A stretch of DNA of 64,000 nt from an uncultured Actinomycetes bacterium (GTDB lineage Bacteria > Actinomycetota > Acidimicrobiia > IMCC26256 > DASPTH01): NCBI GenBank assembly GCA_963720765.1, contig CAVRGS010000013.1, positions 470,467 through 534,466 of the forward strand, written 5' to 3'. The position numbers and the translations under genes were made by a program. This document shows, in pieces, positions 19,870 to 29,143 of the stretch (within the stretch, counting starts at the first letter, position 1; every line of letters starts with the position of its first letter). The notes under the pieces are model-generated. The model did not search any database. It worked only from the letters and a program-made list of their open reading frames with translations, and had not been told where the DNA came from.

Positions 19870-20345
19870 CAGAACGGTTCGGGCGTGGGGAACGGGAACG
19901 CGTCAACGTCGTGCGCGGGTCGTGCCAGCGACGAGTAGTTGCGCGACACGAACCACCAGCGACCGTCGATGCGGTGGAACTGGTCGTGGTACACGCCGTA
20001 CACAGCCGTCCAGCGTCGCTCGGCGTGGTCCTGACGCAGCTCGCTCATGTACATGCGAGCCACCGCGGCGTCGGGGTTGCCTTCGTGTTCGAGGTAGACG
20101 CGCGAGTTCAAGATCACGAACTCGAAGAACTCGAAGCGGTCGACTGCTGCGCTCACGAACTCGCGGAACGCGTCGCAGCTGTCGAACACGTACGGGTCGC
20201 GGTCGCGCAGGTCGACGCTCACCGGGATGTCGGGGACGAAGATCTCGTCGAGCTCGTCCCAAGCTCGCCGAGTGGCGATGTCGGCGTACGCGTGGTGCAA
20301 CCGGCTGACCGCGATGTAGTCGAACGTCTCTTGCGCGGGATCCAT
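19869..20345 (-). CDS. SnoaL-like / NTF2-fold protein
   Basis: Intact 158 aa. Pattern SRLHHAYADIATRRAWDELDEIF...YHDQFHRIDGRWWF is typical of the NTF2-like superfamily. Its stop overlaps the start of the downstream SGNH gene by 1 nt. Confidence 0.75.
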   Translation of the reverse strand: MDPAQETFDYIAVSRLHHAYADIATRRAWDELDEIFVPDIPVSVDLRDRDPYVFDSCDAFREFVSAAVDRFEFFEFVILNSRVYLEHEGNPDAAVARMYMSELRQDHAERRWTAVYGVYHDQFHRIDGRWWFVSRNYSSLARPAHDVDAFPFPTPEPF

Positions 20346-20403
20346 GCCGCCACCCTACGTGGCCCGGTCGTTAGGGTGCGGCCGTGGCGCGGCAGGCATC
20401 TGC

Positions 20404-21381
20404 ATGACGACGGATGGGGCTGCAGCCCGGCGCACCCCGATGCCCTCGGGCATCCGAGCGCTGTTCGCGGTCGTCGTCGTCGCGGTCCTCGGGCTCGCGA
20501 TCCACGGCCTGGTGGGGATCGGTGGCGAGGGGATCCACACCTACCTCGACTCCTGGGTCACGTGCTGCGCCGAGTGGTTGGTGGCGCTGCTGAGTCTCGT
20601 CGGCGCGCTGCGGGCGGAGCGCAACCGCACCGCGTGGCTCCTGGTCGCGGCAGCCATCGTGGCATGGGCGCTCGGCGACACGATCTGGGCGATCCGTGGC
20701 GACCCTCAGGGTGTGGCGACGATCTCGGATGCGCTCTGGCTCATGTGGTATCCGTTCCTGGTGGCGGCGCTGGTCGTCCTGGTGCGAGATCGCGTCCCGC
20801 GCTTCGAGCTTCACCGCTGGATCGACGGCGTGGTGGTGATGCTCGTCGTCATCACACCGTGGGTCGCGCTCTTCTTGCAGCCCGCCGCCGATCGCTCGCA
20901 CGCCGGCTCGCTGGTTGACGTCGTCGACTTCGCCTACCCACTCGGAGATGCCGTGCTCGTCGGTGCGACGCTGGGCGTGCTCGCACTCATGGGTTGGCGT
21001 GCCGGCCCCATGTGGCTTGCGCTGATCGGCGGGTTCACCGCGCTGGGGATCGTGGACGCCATCTACTCGGTCGACGCGCTCGGCCACTCCTACAGCTCGG
21101 ACACGATCTTCGACGCGCTGTGGCTCGGCGGTCTCGTGCTGATCGGGTTCGCGGTCTGGCTGCCTCATCCTGGACGCCTCGATCCGATCGAGGTCTACGG
21201 CTGGAAGGCCATCGCCTTGCCGTTGGTCGCCCAGTTCTTCGCGGTGAGCCTGCAGATCCTGGCGGTGTTCTACGAAGTGCCCGTCGCGGAGCGGGTGCTG
21301 ACGATCGTGGTGCTGCTCATCGCCATCGTGCAGATCATCGTGAGTCGACCCCGCGCCCGGGTCGAGGAGTCCCTCGAGTAG
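20404..21381 (+). CDS. Polytopic integral membrane protein of unknown function
   Basis: Start at ATG 20404 (MTTDGAAARRTPMPSGIRALFAVVVVAVLGLAI...). About 9-10 hydrophobic segments and no soluble domain. Resembles stand-alone membrane sensor modules. Confidence 0.68.
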   Translation: MTTDGAAARRTPMPSGIRALFAVVVVAVLGLAIHGLVGIGGEGIHTYLDSWVTCCAEWLVALLSLVGALRAERNRTAWLLVAAAIVAWALGDTIWAIRGDPQGVATISDALWLMWYPFLVAALVVLVRDRVPRFELHRWIDGVVVMLVVITPWVALFLQPAADRSHAGSLVDVVDFAYPLGDAVLVGATLGVLALMGWRAGPMWLALIGGFTALGIVDAIYSVDALGHSYSSDTIFDALWLGGLVLIGFAVWLPHPGRLDPIEVYGWKAIALPLVAQFFAVSLQILAVFYEVPVAERVLTIVVLLIAIVQIIVSRPRARVEESLE

Positions 21382-21432
21382 CTCGACCCGCATTGGGTTC
21401 GCTTCGCCGTCGCTTCGTAGGCTCCTGCGCGC

Positions 21433-22161
21433 ATGAACGTCGCCGAGCTCTACGTCGAGGAGCACACGAGCGCGGCACCGGACGCGCCGGTCGTCGTGCT
21501 CGTGCACGGCGTGTTCGACTCGTGCGAGAGCTTCGAGGGCGTGATCGATCATCTGCTGCCCGCACACACCGTCGTCACCTACGACCGACGCGGCTGGGCG
21601 CGCTCGGCTGCCGCCACGCCGGCGGCATCGCTCGGCGATCACGCCGACGACTTGCTGGCGGTACTGGGCGACCGACGCGCCACCGTGGTGGGGCACAGCT
21701 ACGGTGGCACCGTCTCGTTCCTCGCGGCGGTGCGCGCGCCCGATCGCGTCGCCGCGCTCGGGATGTTCGAACCGTCGATGCAGTGGCAGCCCTACTGGCC
21801 GTCGACGGACGTGATCGCCGCCGAGAGCGCCTACGAGCAGGAGCACTTCCGTGCCGGACTCGAAGGGAAGCCGCGCCGGACCCGCGAGGAGCGCGATCGC
21901 GAGCAGGCGCTCCTGGCGCACGAGCTCACGCTGATCGCCGAAGCACCGTGCACCCCCGCGCAACTGACCGTGCCGCGCGTCGTCGGTCGGGGCACGTTGT
22001 CGGCGTCGTGGCGCTTCGGGACCACCGATCATCTGCGCGACGAGCTCGACTGCGAGCTGATCGAGATCGAGGACGCTGGCCACACCGCGCACCGGATGCA
22101 ACCAAAGGGCTTCGCCGACTTCGCCCGTCGAGCCGTCGCGCTCGTGCCGGACGGCCGATGA
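21433..22161 (+). CDS. Alpha/beta hydrolase
   Basis: Intact 242 aa. Contains VVVLVHGVFDSCESF and VVGHSYGG. Paralogous to the next gene. Confidence 0.85.
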   Translation: MNVAELYVEEHTSAAPDAPVVVLVHGVFDSCESFEGVIDHLLPAHTVVTYDRRGWARSAAATPAASLGDHADDLLAVLGDRRATVVGHSYGGTVSFLAAVRAPDRVAALGMFEPSMQWQPYWPSTDVIAAESAYEQEHFRAGLEGKPRRTREERDREQALLAHELTLIAEAPCTPAQLTVPRVVGRGTLSASWRFGTTDHLRDELDCELIEIEDAGHTAHRMQPKGFADFARRAVALVPDGR

Positions 22162-22859
22162 ACGTCGTCGAGCATCCTGGCGTCGACGGTGCGCCGATCG
22201 TGCTGCTGATCCACGGCCTCACCGATTCGCTCGAGAGCTTTGCGGGCGTGGTCGAGGAGCTCACCCCTGAGCACACCGTGATCACATATGACCGACGCGG
22301 ATGGGGGCGCTCGCGCGACGACGAACCGCCGACGTCGCTCGCCGACCATGCGCAGGACGCGATCGACCTGCTCACCGGTCGCCGAGCGACGGTGGTGGGG
22401 CACAGCTACGGCGGTGTCGTCGCGCTCGAGACCGCCGTGATGCGCCCCGACCTCGTCGCCTCGCTCGCGGTGTTCGAGCCGACGGTGCCCTTCACCGGCT
22501 GGTGGCCCGACCACGACGAGATGATGCGCCGGTCGCTCGATCTCAAACCGATGCTCAAGCGCTGGAGCGCGGGCACGCAACGTCGCACGACCGAGCAGCG
22601 CGCGGCCGACGACATCTCCATGGCCCGTGACTTCTCGTTCGTCGAGACCGCACCGTTCGACTTCGCCGACGTGACCGTGCCGTGCATCGTCGGTGGGAGC
22701 GTCGACACCACGCCGTGGGACTACCAGTCAGCCGAACGGCTCTCCGAGCTGCTCGGCGCCGACATCGTGATGTTCCGCGACGCCGGCCATCCCGCGCACC
22801 GCACGCACGCCCGCGAGTTTGCCGACTTCACACGACGCGCGGTCGCCCTCGGGCGCTGA
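22158..22859 (+). CDS. Alpha/beta hydrolase (tandem paralogue)
   Basis: ATG 22158 overlaps the upstream stop (ATGA). MNVVEHPGVDGAPIVLLIHGLTDSLESF...VVGHSYGG is collinear with the 21433 gene product. Confidence 0.85.
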   Translation: MNVVEHPGVDGAPIVLLIHGLTDSLESFAGVVEELTPEHTVITYDRRGWGRSRDDEPPTSLADHAQDAIDLLTGRRATVVGHSYGGVVALETAVMRPDLVASLAVFEPTVPFTGWWPDHDEMMRRSLDLKPMLKRWSAGTQRRTTEQRAADDISMARDFSFVETAPFDFADVTVPCIVGGSVDTTPWDYQSAERLSELLGADIVMFRDAGHPAHRTHAREFADFTRRAVALGR

Positions 22860-22875
22860 CCTCGCGCGCTGACCA

Positions 22876-22926
22876 CGAGGTTGCGTCACCTGACCGCGTA
22901 TATCGCGGTCGAGCGACGCAACCTCG
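22876..22926. terminator. Nested perfect hairpin between convergent genes (candidate bidirectional terminator)
   Basis: Outer 12-bp arms CGAGGTTGCGTC (22876-22887) and GACGCAACCTCG (22915-22926). Inner 7-bp arms GACCGCG (22892-22898) and CGCGGTC (22904-22910) surround a TATAT loop. Sits in the 78-nt gap between stops at 22859 (+) and 22938 (-). Confidence 0.55.
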
Positions 22927-22937
22927 CGTCGGCGGAC

Positions 22938-23708
22938 CTACTTCGGAGGGAACCGCACGGCGCCGTCGATGCGGATGACCTCGCCGTTGAGCATGGTGTT
23001 CGTGCAGATGTGCTCCACCAGCGCGCCGTACTCCTCCGGCTTGCCCATGCGCTTCGGGAACGGGTTCAGCTCCTCGAGCGCCTTGACGCGGTCTTCCGGC
23101 ATCATGCTGTAGGCAGGCGTCTTGAACGTGCCCGGCGCGATGGTGACGACGCGCACCCCGATCGCCGCGAGGTCGCGCGCCGCGGGCAGCGTCATACCGA
23201 CGATCCCGCCCTTCGCGGCCGAGTAGGCGGCCTGGCCGATCATGCCCTCGAACGCCGCGATCGACGCGGTCATGATCACCACGCCGCGCTCGTTGTCCTC
23301 GAGCGGCTCTTCCTTGCTCATCTGCGCGGCGGCGAGGCGCATCACGTTGAACGTGCCGACGAGGAACGACTCGACGGTGATCGAGAAGCCCTCGTGTGAG
23401 GCCGGCGTGCCGTCGCGGCCGACGATGCGACCACCACCACCGGCGCGGCCGCCACAGTTCACCGCCACGCGCAGCGGTCCGTGGCTCGACGCCACCCGCA
23501 CCGCCTCCTCGACCTCTTCGTCGTTCTCGACATCGCAGCGCACGAACTCGGTCTTGCGCCCGAGCTCCTCGACCATCCGCCGGCCGCCCTCCTCGTTGAC
23601 GTCGGTGATGACGACGTTGGCGCCCGCGGCGTGCAGGCGACGGGCGGCGGCTTCACCGAGTCCCGAGGCGGCGCCGGTGACGATTGCTCCCACTCCGTTC
23701 AGTTCCAT
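22938..23708 (-). CDS. SDR family oxidoreductase, 3-hydroxyacyl-CoA dehydrogenase type-2-like
   Basis: Intact 256 aa with AIVTGAASGLGEAAA and YSAAKGGIVGMTL motifs. Overall collinear with HSD10-type SDRs. Confidence 0.85.
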   Translation of the reverse strand: MELNGVGAIVTGAASGLGEAAARRLHAAGANVVITDVNEEGGRRMVEELGRKTEFVRCDVENDEEVEEAVRVASSHGPLRVAVNCGGRAGGGGRIVGRDGTPASHEGFSITVESFLVGTFNVMRLAAAQMSKEEPLEDNERGVVIMTASIAAFEGMIGQAAYSAAKGGIVGMTLPAARDLAAIGVRVVTIAPGTFKTPAYSMMPEDRVKALEELNPFPKRMGKPEEYGALVEHICTNTMLNGEVIRIDGAVRFPPK

Positions 23709-23822
23709 GGGCTGTGCTTACCGGAGAAATTCGGCCGCGTGCAATTTGCGGATTCCACGCCCGCGAGGAACGCTGGGCGTCAACCAACCCGACTCCCAGC
23801 GACTCGACTCAGGGGGGACCTG

Positions 23823-25046
23823 ATGACCGCGACGGAAAGCCTGCGCTACATCGACTCGGACGGGCACATCCTCGAGCACCCGAGCGCGATGCCCGACTAT
23901 GCGCCCGCCGAGTGGCGCGACCGCGTGTGGCACATCGAGACGCACGACGACGGCGTCGAGTACCTCCACTACAACGACTTCGTCATGCCGTCGAACGGCC
24001 TTTCGTTGGCCGGGACCGCGGGCTTTCCCGACGACGAGGTCGACCGCGCCCGCAGCGGCAACATGCGCTACACCGAGGTGCGCCCGGCGGCGTACAACGC
24101 CAAGGCGCGCCTGCAGGACATGGACACCGACGGCATCGACCTCGCGGTGCTGTACCCGACTTCGATGCTCGGCCTGCAGTCGATCCCCGACGAGGAGTTC
24201 GCGGGCGTGCAGGCGCGCGCGTACAACGACTGGGCGTCGGACCACACCCAGGAAGGCGAGGGTCGTCTGTTCGCCGCCGGCGCAGTGCCGCCGATGAACG
24301 ACGAGGCCGGCGTCCAGGCAGTCGCCGACGAGATCCGCCGGGTTGCCGAGAAGCCCGGCATGGTGTCGGTGTTCCTGCGCCCGAACCCGTCGGTCGACTG
24401 GAGGCCGTTCAACGACAAGATCTACGACCCGGTGTGGCAGGCCGCGGCCGACACCGGCCTCGTGCTCGCGTTCCACCCCTTCCTCATGCCCGACCTCCCC
24501 GGTGCGTGCCGCGGCCTGAAGCTGGCGCGCCCGTTCTCCGACTGGAGCTACGCGCCGTCGGAGGAGGAGCCGCCGGAGGGCTGGCAGATGGGCAACATCC
24601 TCTTCACCCAGGCCATCGCCAACCCCGTCGACGTGATGCACTCCATCGCGTACATCACCGCCGGCGGTGTGTGTGAGCGCTTCCCCGACACCAAGTTCCT
24701 GTTCCTCGAGGCCAACGGCGGCTGGCTGGTGCCGTGGCTCGAGCGCCTCGACCACCATTCGAAGAAGTTCGAGTGGGACGTGCCGTGGCTGAACATGTTG
24801 CCGTCGGAGTACTTCCGCCGGCAGTGCTGGATCAGCTTCGATCCCGACGAATCGATGCTGGCGTTCACGGCCAACTCGCCGTTGTGCGGTGCCGATCGCA
24901 TCGTGTGGGCATCGGACTACCCGCACCCCGACGCCAAGTTCCCCGGCGTGACCGAGGAGTTGGCCGAGGCGCTCGAGCCGCTGACGCACGAGCAGCAGTC
25001 GGTGATCACGAGTGAGAGTGCGCTCGCGCTCTACGGCATTGGCTGA
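23823..25046 (+). CDS. Amidohydrolase family protein (amidohydrolase_2 / ACMSD-like)
   Basis: ATG 23823 (MTATESLRYIDSDGHILEHP...). The C-terminal WASDYPHPD metal-ligand motif is typical of this family. Intact 407 aa. Confidence 0.83.
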   Translation: MTATESLRYIDSDGHILEHPSAMPDYAPAEWRDRVWHIETHDDGVEYLHYNDFVMPSNGLSLAGTAGFPDDEVDRARSGNMRYTEVRPAAYNAKARLQDMDTDGIDLAVLYPTSMLGLQSIPDEEFAGVQARAYNDWASDHTQEGEGRLFAAGAVPPMNDEAGVQAVADEIRRVAEKPGMVSVFLRPNPSVDWRPFNDKIYDPVWQAAADTGLVLAFHPFLMPDLPGACRGLKLARPFSDWSYAPSEEEPPEGWQMGNILFTQAIANPVDVMHSIAYITAGGVCERFPDTKFLFLEANGGWLVPWLERLDHHSKKFEWDVPWLNMLPSEYFRRQCWISFDPDESMLAFTANSPLCGADRIVWASDYPHPDAKFPGVTEELAEALEPLTHEQQSVITSESALALYGIG

Positions 25047-25716
25047 CGCGCGACGCATCGGTGCCTCGGGGCTCGACCTCGACACCGTCGACAGACTCCT
25101 CTCCACCACTCGGGCGGTGCGCAAGCGCCTCGACCTGACGCGTCCGGTCGAGCTCGACGTCGTGCTGGAGTGCCTCGACCTCGCGCTGCAGGCGCCGACG
25201 GGGTCGAACCAGCAGACGTGGCGGTGGATCGTCGTCACCGATCCTGCGGTGCGCGCCGAGCTCGCGGAGCTCTACCAGGGCCTCCCCGCCGATCGTCCGC
25301 CGACGCGGCTCGGTTCGGTGCCGCCGCCCGAGGAGCAGCAGGCGCGCGTCACCGACTCGGCCGGCTACCTCATGCAGCATCTGCAGGAGGTACCGGTGCT
25401 GGTCATCCCGTGCGTGGAGGACGTCGGGGGCGCGGCGGGGTGGGCGCCGTCGATCTATCCGGCGGTGTGGAGCTTCATGCTCGCGTTGCGCAGCCGCGGG
25501 CTCGGCTCGGTGCTCACGACGGTGCACCTCTATCGCGAGGCCGAAGCAGCGGAGCTGCTCGGGGTGCCCGACGGCTTCGTGCAGTCGTGCCTGCTACCGG
25601 TGGCGTACTTCACCGGCGACGACTTCCGGCCTGCCGATCGTCGACCGGTCGAGGAGGTCACCTTCGTGGACCACTGGGGCGCCCATCCTGCGAGAAGTGC
25701 ACCAGGAGGAGACTGA
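25012..25716 (+). CDS. Nitroreductase family protein
   Basis: Contains RAVRKRLDLTRPVE...LDLALQAPTGSNQQTWRWIVV... Start uncertain: GTG 25012 or TTG 25039, both overlapping the upstream gene end. Confidence 0.78.
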   Translation: MRVRSRSTALADARRIGASGLDLDTVDRLLSTTRAVRKRLDLTRPVELDVVLECLDLALQAPTGSNQQTWRWIVVTDPAVRAELAELYQGLPADRPPTRLGSVPPPEEQQARVTDSAGYLMQHLQEVPVLVIPCVEDVGGAAGWAPSIYPAVWSFMLALRSRGLGSVLTTVHLYREAEAAELLGVPDGFVQSCLLPVAYFTGDDFRPADRRPVEEVTFVDHWGAHPARSAPGGD

Positions 25717-25718
25717 CC

Positions 25719-26087
25719 ATGGCTCGCATCCGACCCGTCGATCTCGGTGTCGACCCCGCCGACCTCGACCAGGCCATGCGCGTGCAGCTCGGCGTCGGCG
25801 GCATCATCTCGCACCGCCCGGAGATCGCGGCCGGTCTCGGCGCGGTGACGGAGGCGATCGACCACAACGGCACGTTGCCGCGCCGACTGGTCGAGCTCAT
25901 CCGGCTCCGCATCGCGTTCCACAACCAGTGCCGCAGCTGCATGGCGATCCGCTACGACGAAGCGGTGCAGGACGGCGTGACCGAGGATCTGGTGTGCTCG
26001 CTCGAACATCCGGCCGAGGCCGACGACCTCACCGAAGCCGAAGCGGTCATGACCGATGCGATGAAGGAGCAGGGGCTGCTGCCGTGA
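25719..26087 (+). CDS. Carboxymuconolactone decarboxylase (AhpD-like) family protein
   Basis: ATG 25719. LRIAFHNQCRSCMAIRYDEA carries the CxxC motif characteristic of AhpD-like proteins. 122 aa. Confidence 0.75.
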   Translation: MARIRPVDLGVDPADLDQAMRVQLGVGGIISHRPEIAAGLGAVTEAIDHNGTLPRRLVELIRLRIAFHNQCRSCMAIRYDEAVQDGVTEDLVCSLEHPAEADDLTEAEAVMTDAMKEQGLLP

Positions 26088-26842
26088 GCGCACTGCTGGG
26101 CGAAGTTCGTGAGCTGCCCCCCCGCTTGACCGTGCTCGCCGGGTCTGGTCAGGCTGGGCCGATGGCCGCCGCGGACCCGCTCACGCTCGCGGTGCGCGAG
26201 CACGCGGCGTGGTGCGACCTGGTCTGCCGGCTCCACCGGTTCACTCCGGAGGGCGACGGGCGCCTGTGGTGGTCGGCGCGGCGCACTCCTGACCTGGTGC
26301 CCGACGCGGTCACGCTTGCCCCCGACGTCTCGGTGCTCGACGTGCTCGGACGCATCAACGACTCGTCCGGCGCGTCGGTCGAGGACTCCTTCGCGACGCT
26401 CGACCTCGCGGACCAGGGGTGGACGGTGCGCTTCGACGCGACGTGGGTCGCGCGTCCACCCGGGCCGGGCGCGAACGACCAGGTCGCGTCCACGTTCGCC
26501 GTCGTGCGCGAGCGGTTCCCGTTCGCGACCTGGTGCCGCGCCTGGGGCGGCCCGACCGGGGCACTGCCAACCGGCGTGCGGCGCGCGTCCGGAGTCACCG
26601 TGTTCGGCCGCGAGGGCGAAGCCGGGTTCACCGACGGTGCGATCGTGCACACCACTGAGATCGGGGGTACCGCCGTCGCCGGACTGTGGAACGTCTTCGG
26701 CGCGTGGGCCGACGTGGCCGCCGCGGCCTCCCACCGCCACCCCGAGGCCTGGATCGTCGGGTACGAGCACGGCGCCGGCCTGGACGCCGCGCTCGCGGCC
26801 GGCTTCACGGTGATCGGGGCACTCCGCGTCTGGAACCGTTGA
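26084..26842 (+). CDS. Hypothetical protein
   Basis: GTG 26084 overlaps the upstream stop (GTGA). 252-aa frame with protein-like composition. I recognise no motif. Confidence 0.5.
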   Translation: MSALLGEVRELPPRLTVLAGSGQAGPMAAADPLTLAVREHAAWCDLVCRLHRFTPEGDGRLWWSARRTPDLVPDAVTLAPDVSVLDVLGRINDSSGASVEDSFATLDLADQGWTVRFDATWVARPPGPGANDQVASTFAVVRERFPFATWCRAWGGPTGALPTGVRRASGVTVFGREGEAGFTDGAIVHTTEIGGTAVAGLWNVFGAWADVAAAASHRHPEAWIVGYEHGAGLDAALAAGFTVIGALRVWNR

Positions 26843-26848
26843 CGCGGT

Positions 26849-27379
26849 TCAGAAGGTGAAGCGCGTCGCGCCACCGGGCTCGGTCGTGCTCAACACCATC
26901 GCGGTCTGCGGGACGACGCGGTACACGTGCCACGGCGGCGAACCTGCCGACGGCGCACTGAATGGTGCGGTCAGTGCAGTGCCGCTCTCGTCGACCTCCG
27001 CCGGCCACCCGTCCGCGTTGTAGAGCCGAGCGACCTCGGTGACGACCGCGGGATCCGTCACGAGCTCGGCCTCGCCCTCGACGACGATGTCGAACTCCTC
27101 GAGCGCGAGGCTGATGGTGCACCGGGGGTCGCGCGCCAGGTTCCGTCCTTTGCGGGACGTGCGGCCGGTCTCGAAGATGAACGCGCCGTCGAGCCAGCCC
27201 GAGCCGATGCCGGTCACGTGAGGACTGCCGTCGGCATCGATGGTGGCGATCCACGTCGAGTGGCGATTGGGGCCGCCGGTCCCGGGTGCCTGGGAGTAGC
27301 CGGCGGCGAGCTTCGCCGCGAACGGCTCCCACTCGAGCGTCGGCAGGTCGTACAGCTCGGCCAGGTTCTTCGCATCCAT
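26849..27379 (-). CDS. Pyridoxamine 5'-phosphate oxidase family (FMN/F420-binding split-barrel) protein
   Basis: Start at ATG 27379 (MDAKNLAELYDLPTLEWEPF...). STWIATIDADGSPHVTGIGSGWLDGAFIFETGRTSRKGRNLARDPRCTISL is typical of the PNPOx-like fold. Confidence 0.78.
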   Translation of the reverse strand: MDAKNLAELYDLPTLEWEPFAAKLAAGYSQAPGTGGPNRHSTWIATIDADGSPHVTGIGSGWLDGAFIFETGRTSRKGRNLARDPRCTISLALEEFDIVVEGEAELVTDPAVVTEVARLYNADGWPAEVDESGTALTAPFSAPSAGSPPWHVYRVVPQTAMVLSTTEPGGATRFTF

Positions 27380-27422
27380 GTGCTTCAGACTGCCCACGCT
27401 CGCGGAATTCATCACCGCACCG

Positions 27423-27752
27423 ATGAATTCACCGACGGCTCGCGGTCGGGACGACGTGACAGCAACCGTGGTGCGCTACCAGGCCAAGGCCGACCGGGCC
27501 GACGAGAACCAGCAGCTCATCGAGGCGGTCTTCGCCGACCTCGCGGCCCGGGAGTCCCAGGGCTTCACGTACCAGGTGTTCCGCCTCGAGGACGGCGTGA
27601 GCTTCGTGCACGTGGTGATCGAGCACGACGTGCCGGACGCCGACTCGCTGCAGGACGTCCCCGCGTTCCAGGCGTTCGTGCAGGACATCGCCGACCGCTG
27701 CGACGTCGCGCCGTTGGCGATGGGTGCGACCGTGGTGGGTCGCCACTCCTGA
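27423..27752 (+). CDS. Small alpha+beta protein, possibly ABM (antibiotic biosynthesis monooxygenase)-like
   Basis: ATVVRYQAKADRADENQQLIEAVFADLAARESQGFTYQVFRLEDGVSFVHVV... has the ferredoxin-like ABM pattern. Start uncertain (ATG 27423 or GTG 27456). Confidence 0.5.
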   Translation: MNSPTARGRDDVTATVVRYQAKADRADENQQLIEAVFADLAARESQGFTYQVFRLEDGVSFVHVVIEHDVPDADSLQDVPAFQAFVQDIADRCDVAPLAMGATVVGRHS

Positions 27753-27930
27753 GCGCGGCAGCTGGCAAGGTCTCCGCACCCGATCGGAGGTGGACGATAC
27801 GAGAGGACGACGTCCTCGGCACGGTGCTGGGGCTCGGCGGCGAAGCGTGGAGCATCTACGGCCGACGCGAGATCACCGACGCCGCCATCGACCGCGAGGT
27901 CGAGCGTCGTCGGGTGGCGCGAGCTGACGG

Positions 27931-29127
27931 CTACTTCGCGAACATCGTTTCGAGGAAGTCGAACACGACCTCGTCGCGCAGGCTCTGCGCGGCGGGTTCG
28001 CAGTGCCAGTCGGCGCCGTCCTCGGTGACGAAGCGAGCGAGCTGCTTCTCGCACGTGAGCGCGTCGAAGAACTGCTTCGACTGGCCGGGCCAGAACTGCT
28101 CGTGGTCGGGATCGAGCACGAGGGTCGGGCACTGGATCCGTGCGACCGTTGCGTCGTCGAGCGTGTGTTGGCGCGCCTTGACGTAGGCCTCGTAGTACGA
28201 CGTCGTGCCGTAGGGCGCCATGCGCCAGGCGAGCATCGCCTTCTGCTGCTCGTTCGGATTGGCGTCCATCAGGGCGTCGAAGTCCTTCTGGTTGCCGTCG
28301 TCGATCAGCTGCAGCAGATCCTTCGGGAGGTGCGCCTCCCACGACGATGCCACCCGCATGACGCCCGGATCGGCGACGAGCGCCGCGAGGCGGTGCTCGA
28401 ACGCCGCCGCACGCGGTGCCCAGTACCCGCCCTGGCTGATGCCCTGGAGCGCGATCTTCCCGGCGTCGATCTCGGGGCGGGTGAGCAGCCAGTCGACGAC
28501 GGGGGTGATCACCTGCTCCCAGTCGGCGCGGAAGGAGAGGTGCTGACGGTGCAATGCGGCGCCCTGGCCGGGGCCGTCGAAGGTGAGCGCGTTGAAGCCG
28601 CGTGCGATCGCGGCGCGCCCACCCAGGCTCCACTGGCTCACGACTGGTCCGTCGGAGCCGTTGTTGAGGATCACCGTGGGGCGGGGTCCGGGCGAAGCGA
28701 CCGCAGGCGTGAAGAGGTAGCCCTCGAGCGTGGTGCCCTCGTACGGGATCTGCACCTGCTCGACCGGGCACTCGAAGATCTCGGTGGCGCGGTCCCAGCA
28801 GCCGCGGTGCTGCTCCCACAGGGAGGTGTAGCGCGACGGATCCGTGCTGCCCGGGGACATCGACGACGCGTGGTCGTAGTACGTGGACGCGCGCAGCAGC
28901 TTCGTACGCGCGCTCACCGTGTGCCCACCGGCGAGCGACTCGTCGGCCTGTCGCACCAGGCGCTCCGCGGTCTTCGTCCACTCGGTGACCCAGGCTTCGT
29001 AGTCGCCTTCGGGGATGCGCTCGATGGTCGCGAGCGTCTCGCCGACGTCGGTGATGTTGGCGTAGGCGAATCCGAGCGAGATGAGGACGGCGAAGTTCAT
29101 GCCCTCGTCGTCGTAGAAACGATGCAT
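27931..29127 (-). CDS. Alpha/beta hydrolase (dienelactone-hydrolase / prolyl-oligopeptidase-like)
   Basis: Start at ATG 29127 (MHRFYDDEGMNFAV...). Nucleophile elbow LQGISQGGYW. Intact 398 aa. Confidence 0.82.
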   Translation of the reverse strand: MHRFYDDEGMNFAVLISLGFAYANITDVGETLATIERIPEGDYEAWVTEWTKTAERLVRQADESLAGGHTVSARTKLLRASTYYDHASSMSPGSTDPSRYTSLWEQHRGCWDRATEIFECPVEQVQIPYEGTTLEGYLFTPAVASPGPRPTVILNNGSDGPVVSQWSLGGRAAIARGFNALTFDGPGQGAALHRQHLSFRADWEQVITPVVDWLLTRPEIDAGKIALQGISQGGYWAPRAAAFEHRLAALVADPGVMRVASSWEAHLPKDLLQLIDDGNQKDFDALMDANPNEQQKAMLAWRMAPYGTTSYYEAYVKARQHTLDDATVARIQCPTLVLDPDHEQFWPGQSKQFFDALTCEKQLARFVTEDGADWHCEPAAQSLRDEVVFDFLETMFAK

Positions 29128-29143
29128 GCGAGTACTTCGGCGT

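Noticed and set aside
27753-27930. A protein-like, high-GC3 frame (…REDDVLGTVLGLGGEAWSIYGRREITDAAIDREVERRRVARADGY…) in the 178-nt gap between the ABM-like gene and the convergent hydrolase.
   Set aside because: It has no convincing start codon or ribosome-binding site. The frame has no stop until it is deep inside the antisense hydrolase gene. It could be a gene remnant or chance, and it is not reportable as a feature.
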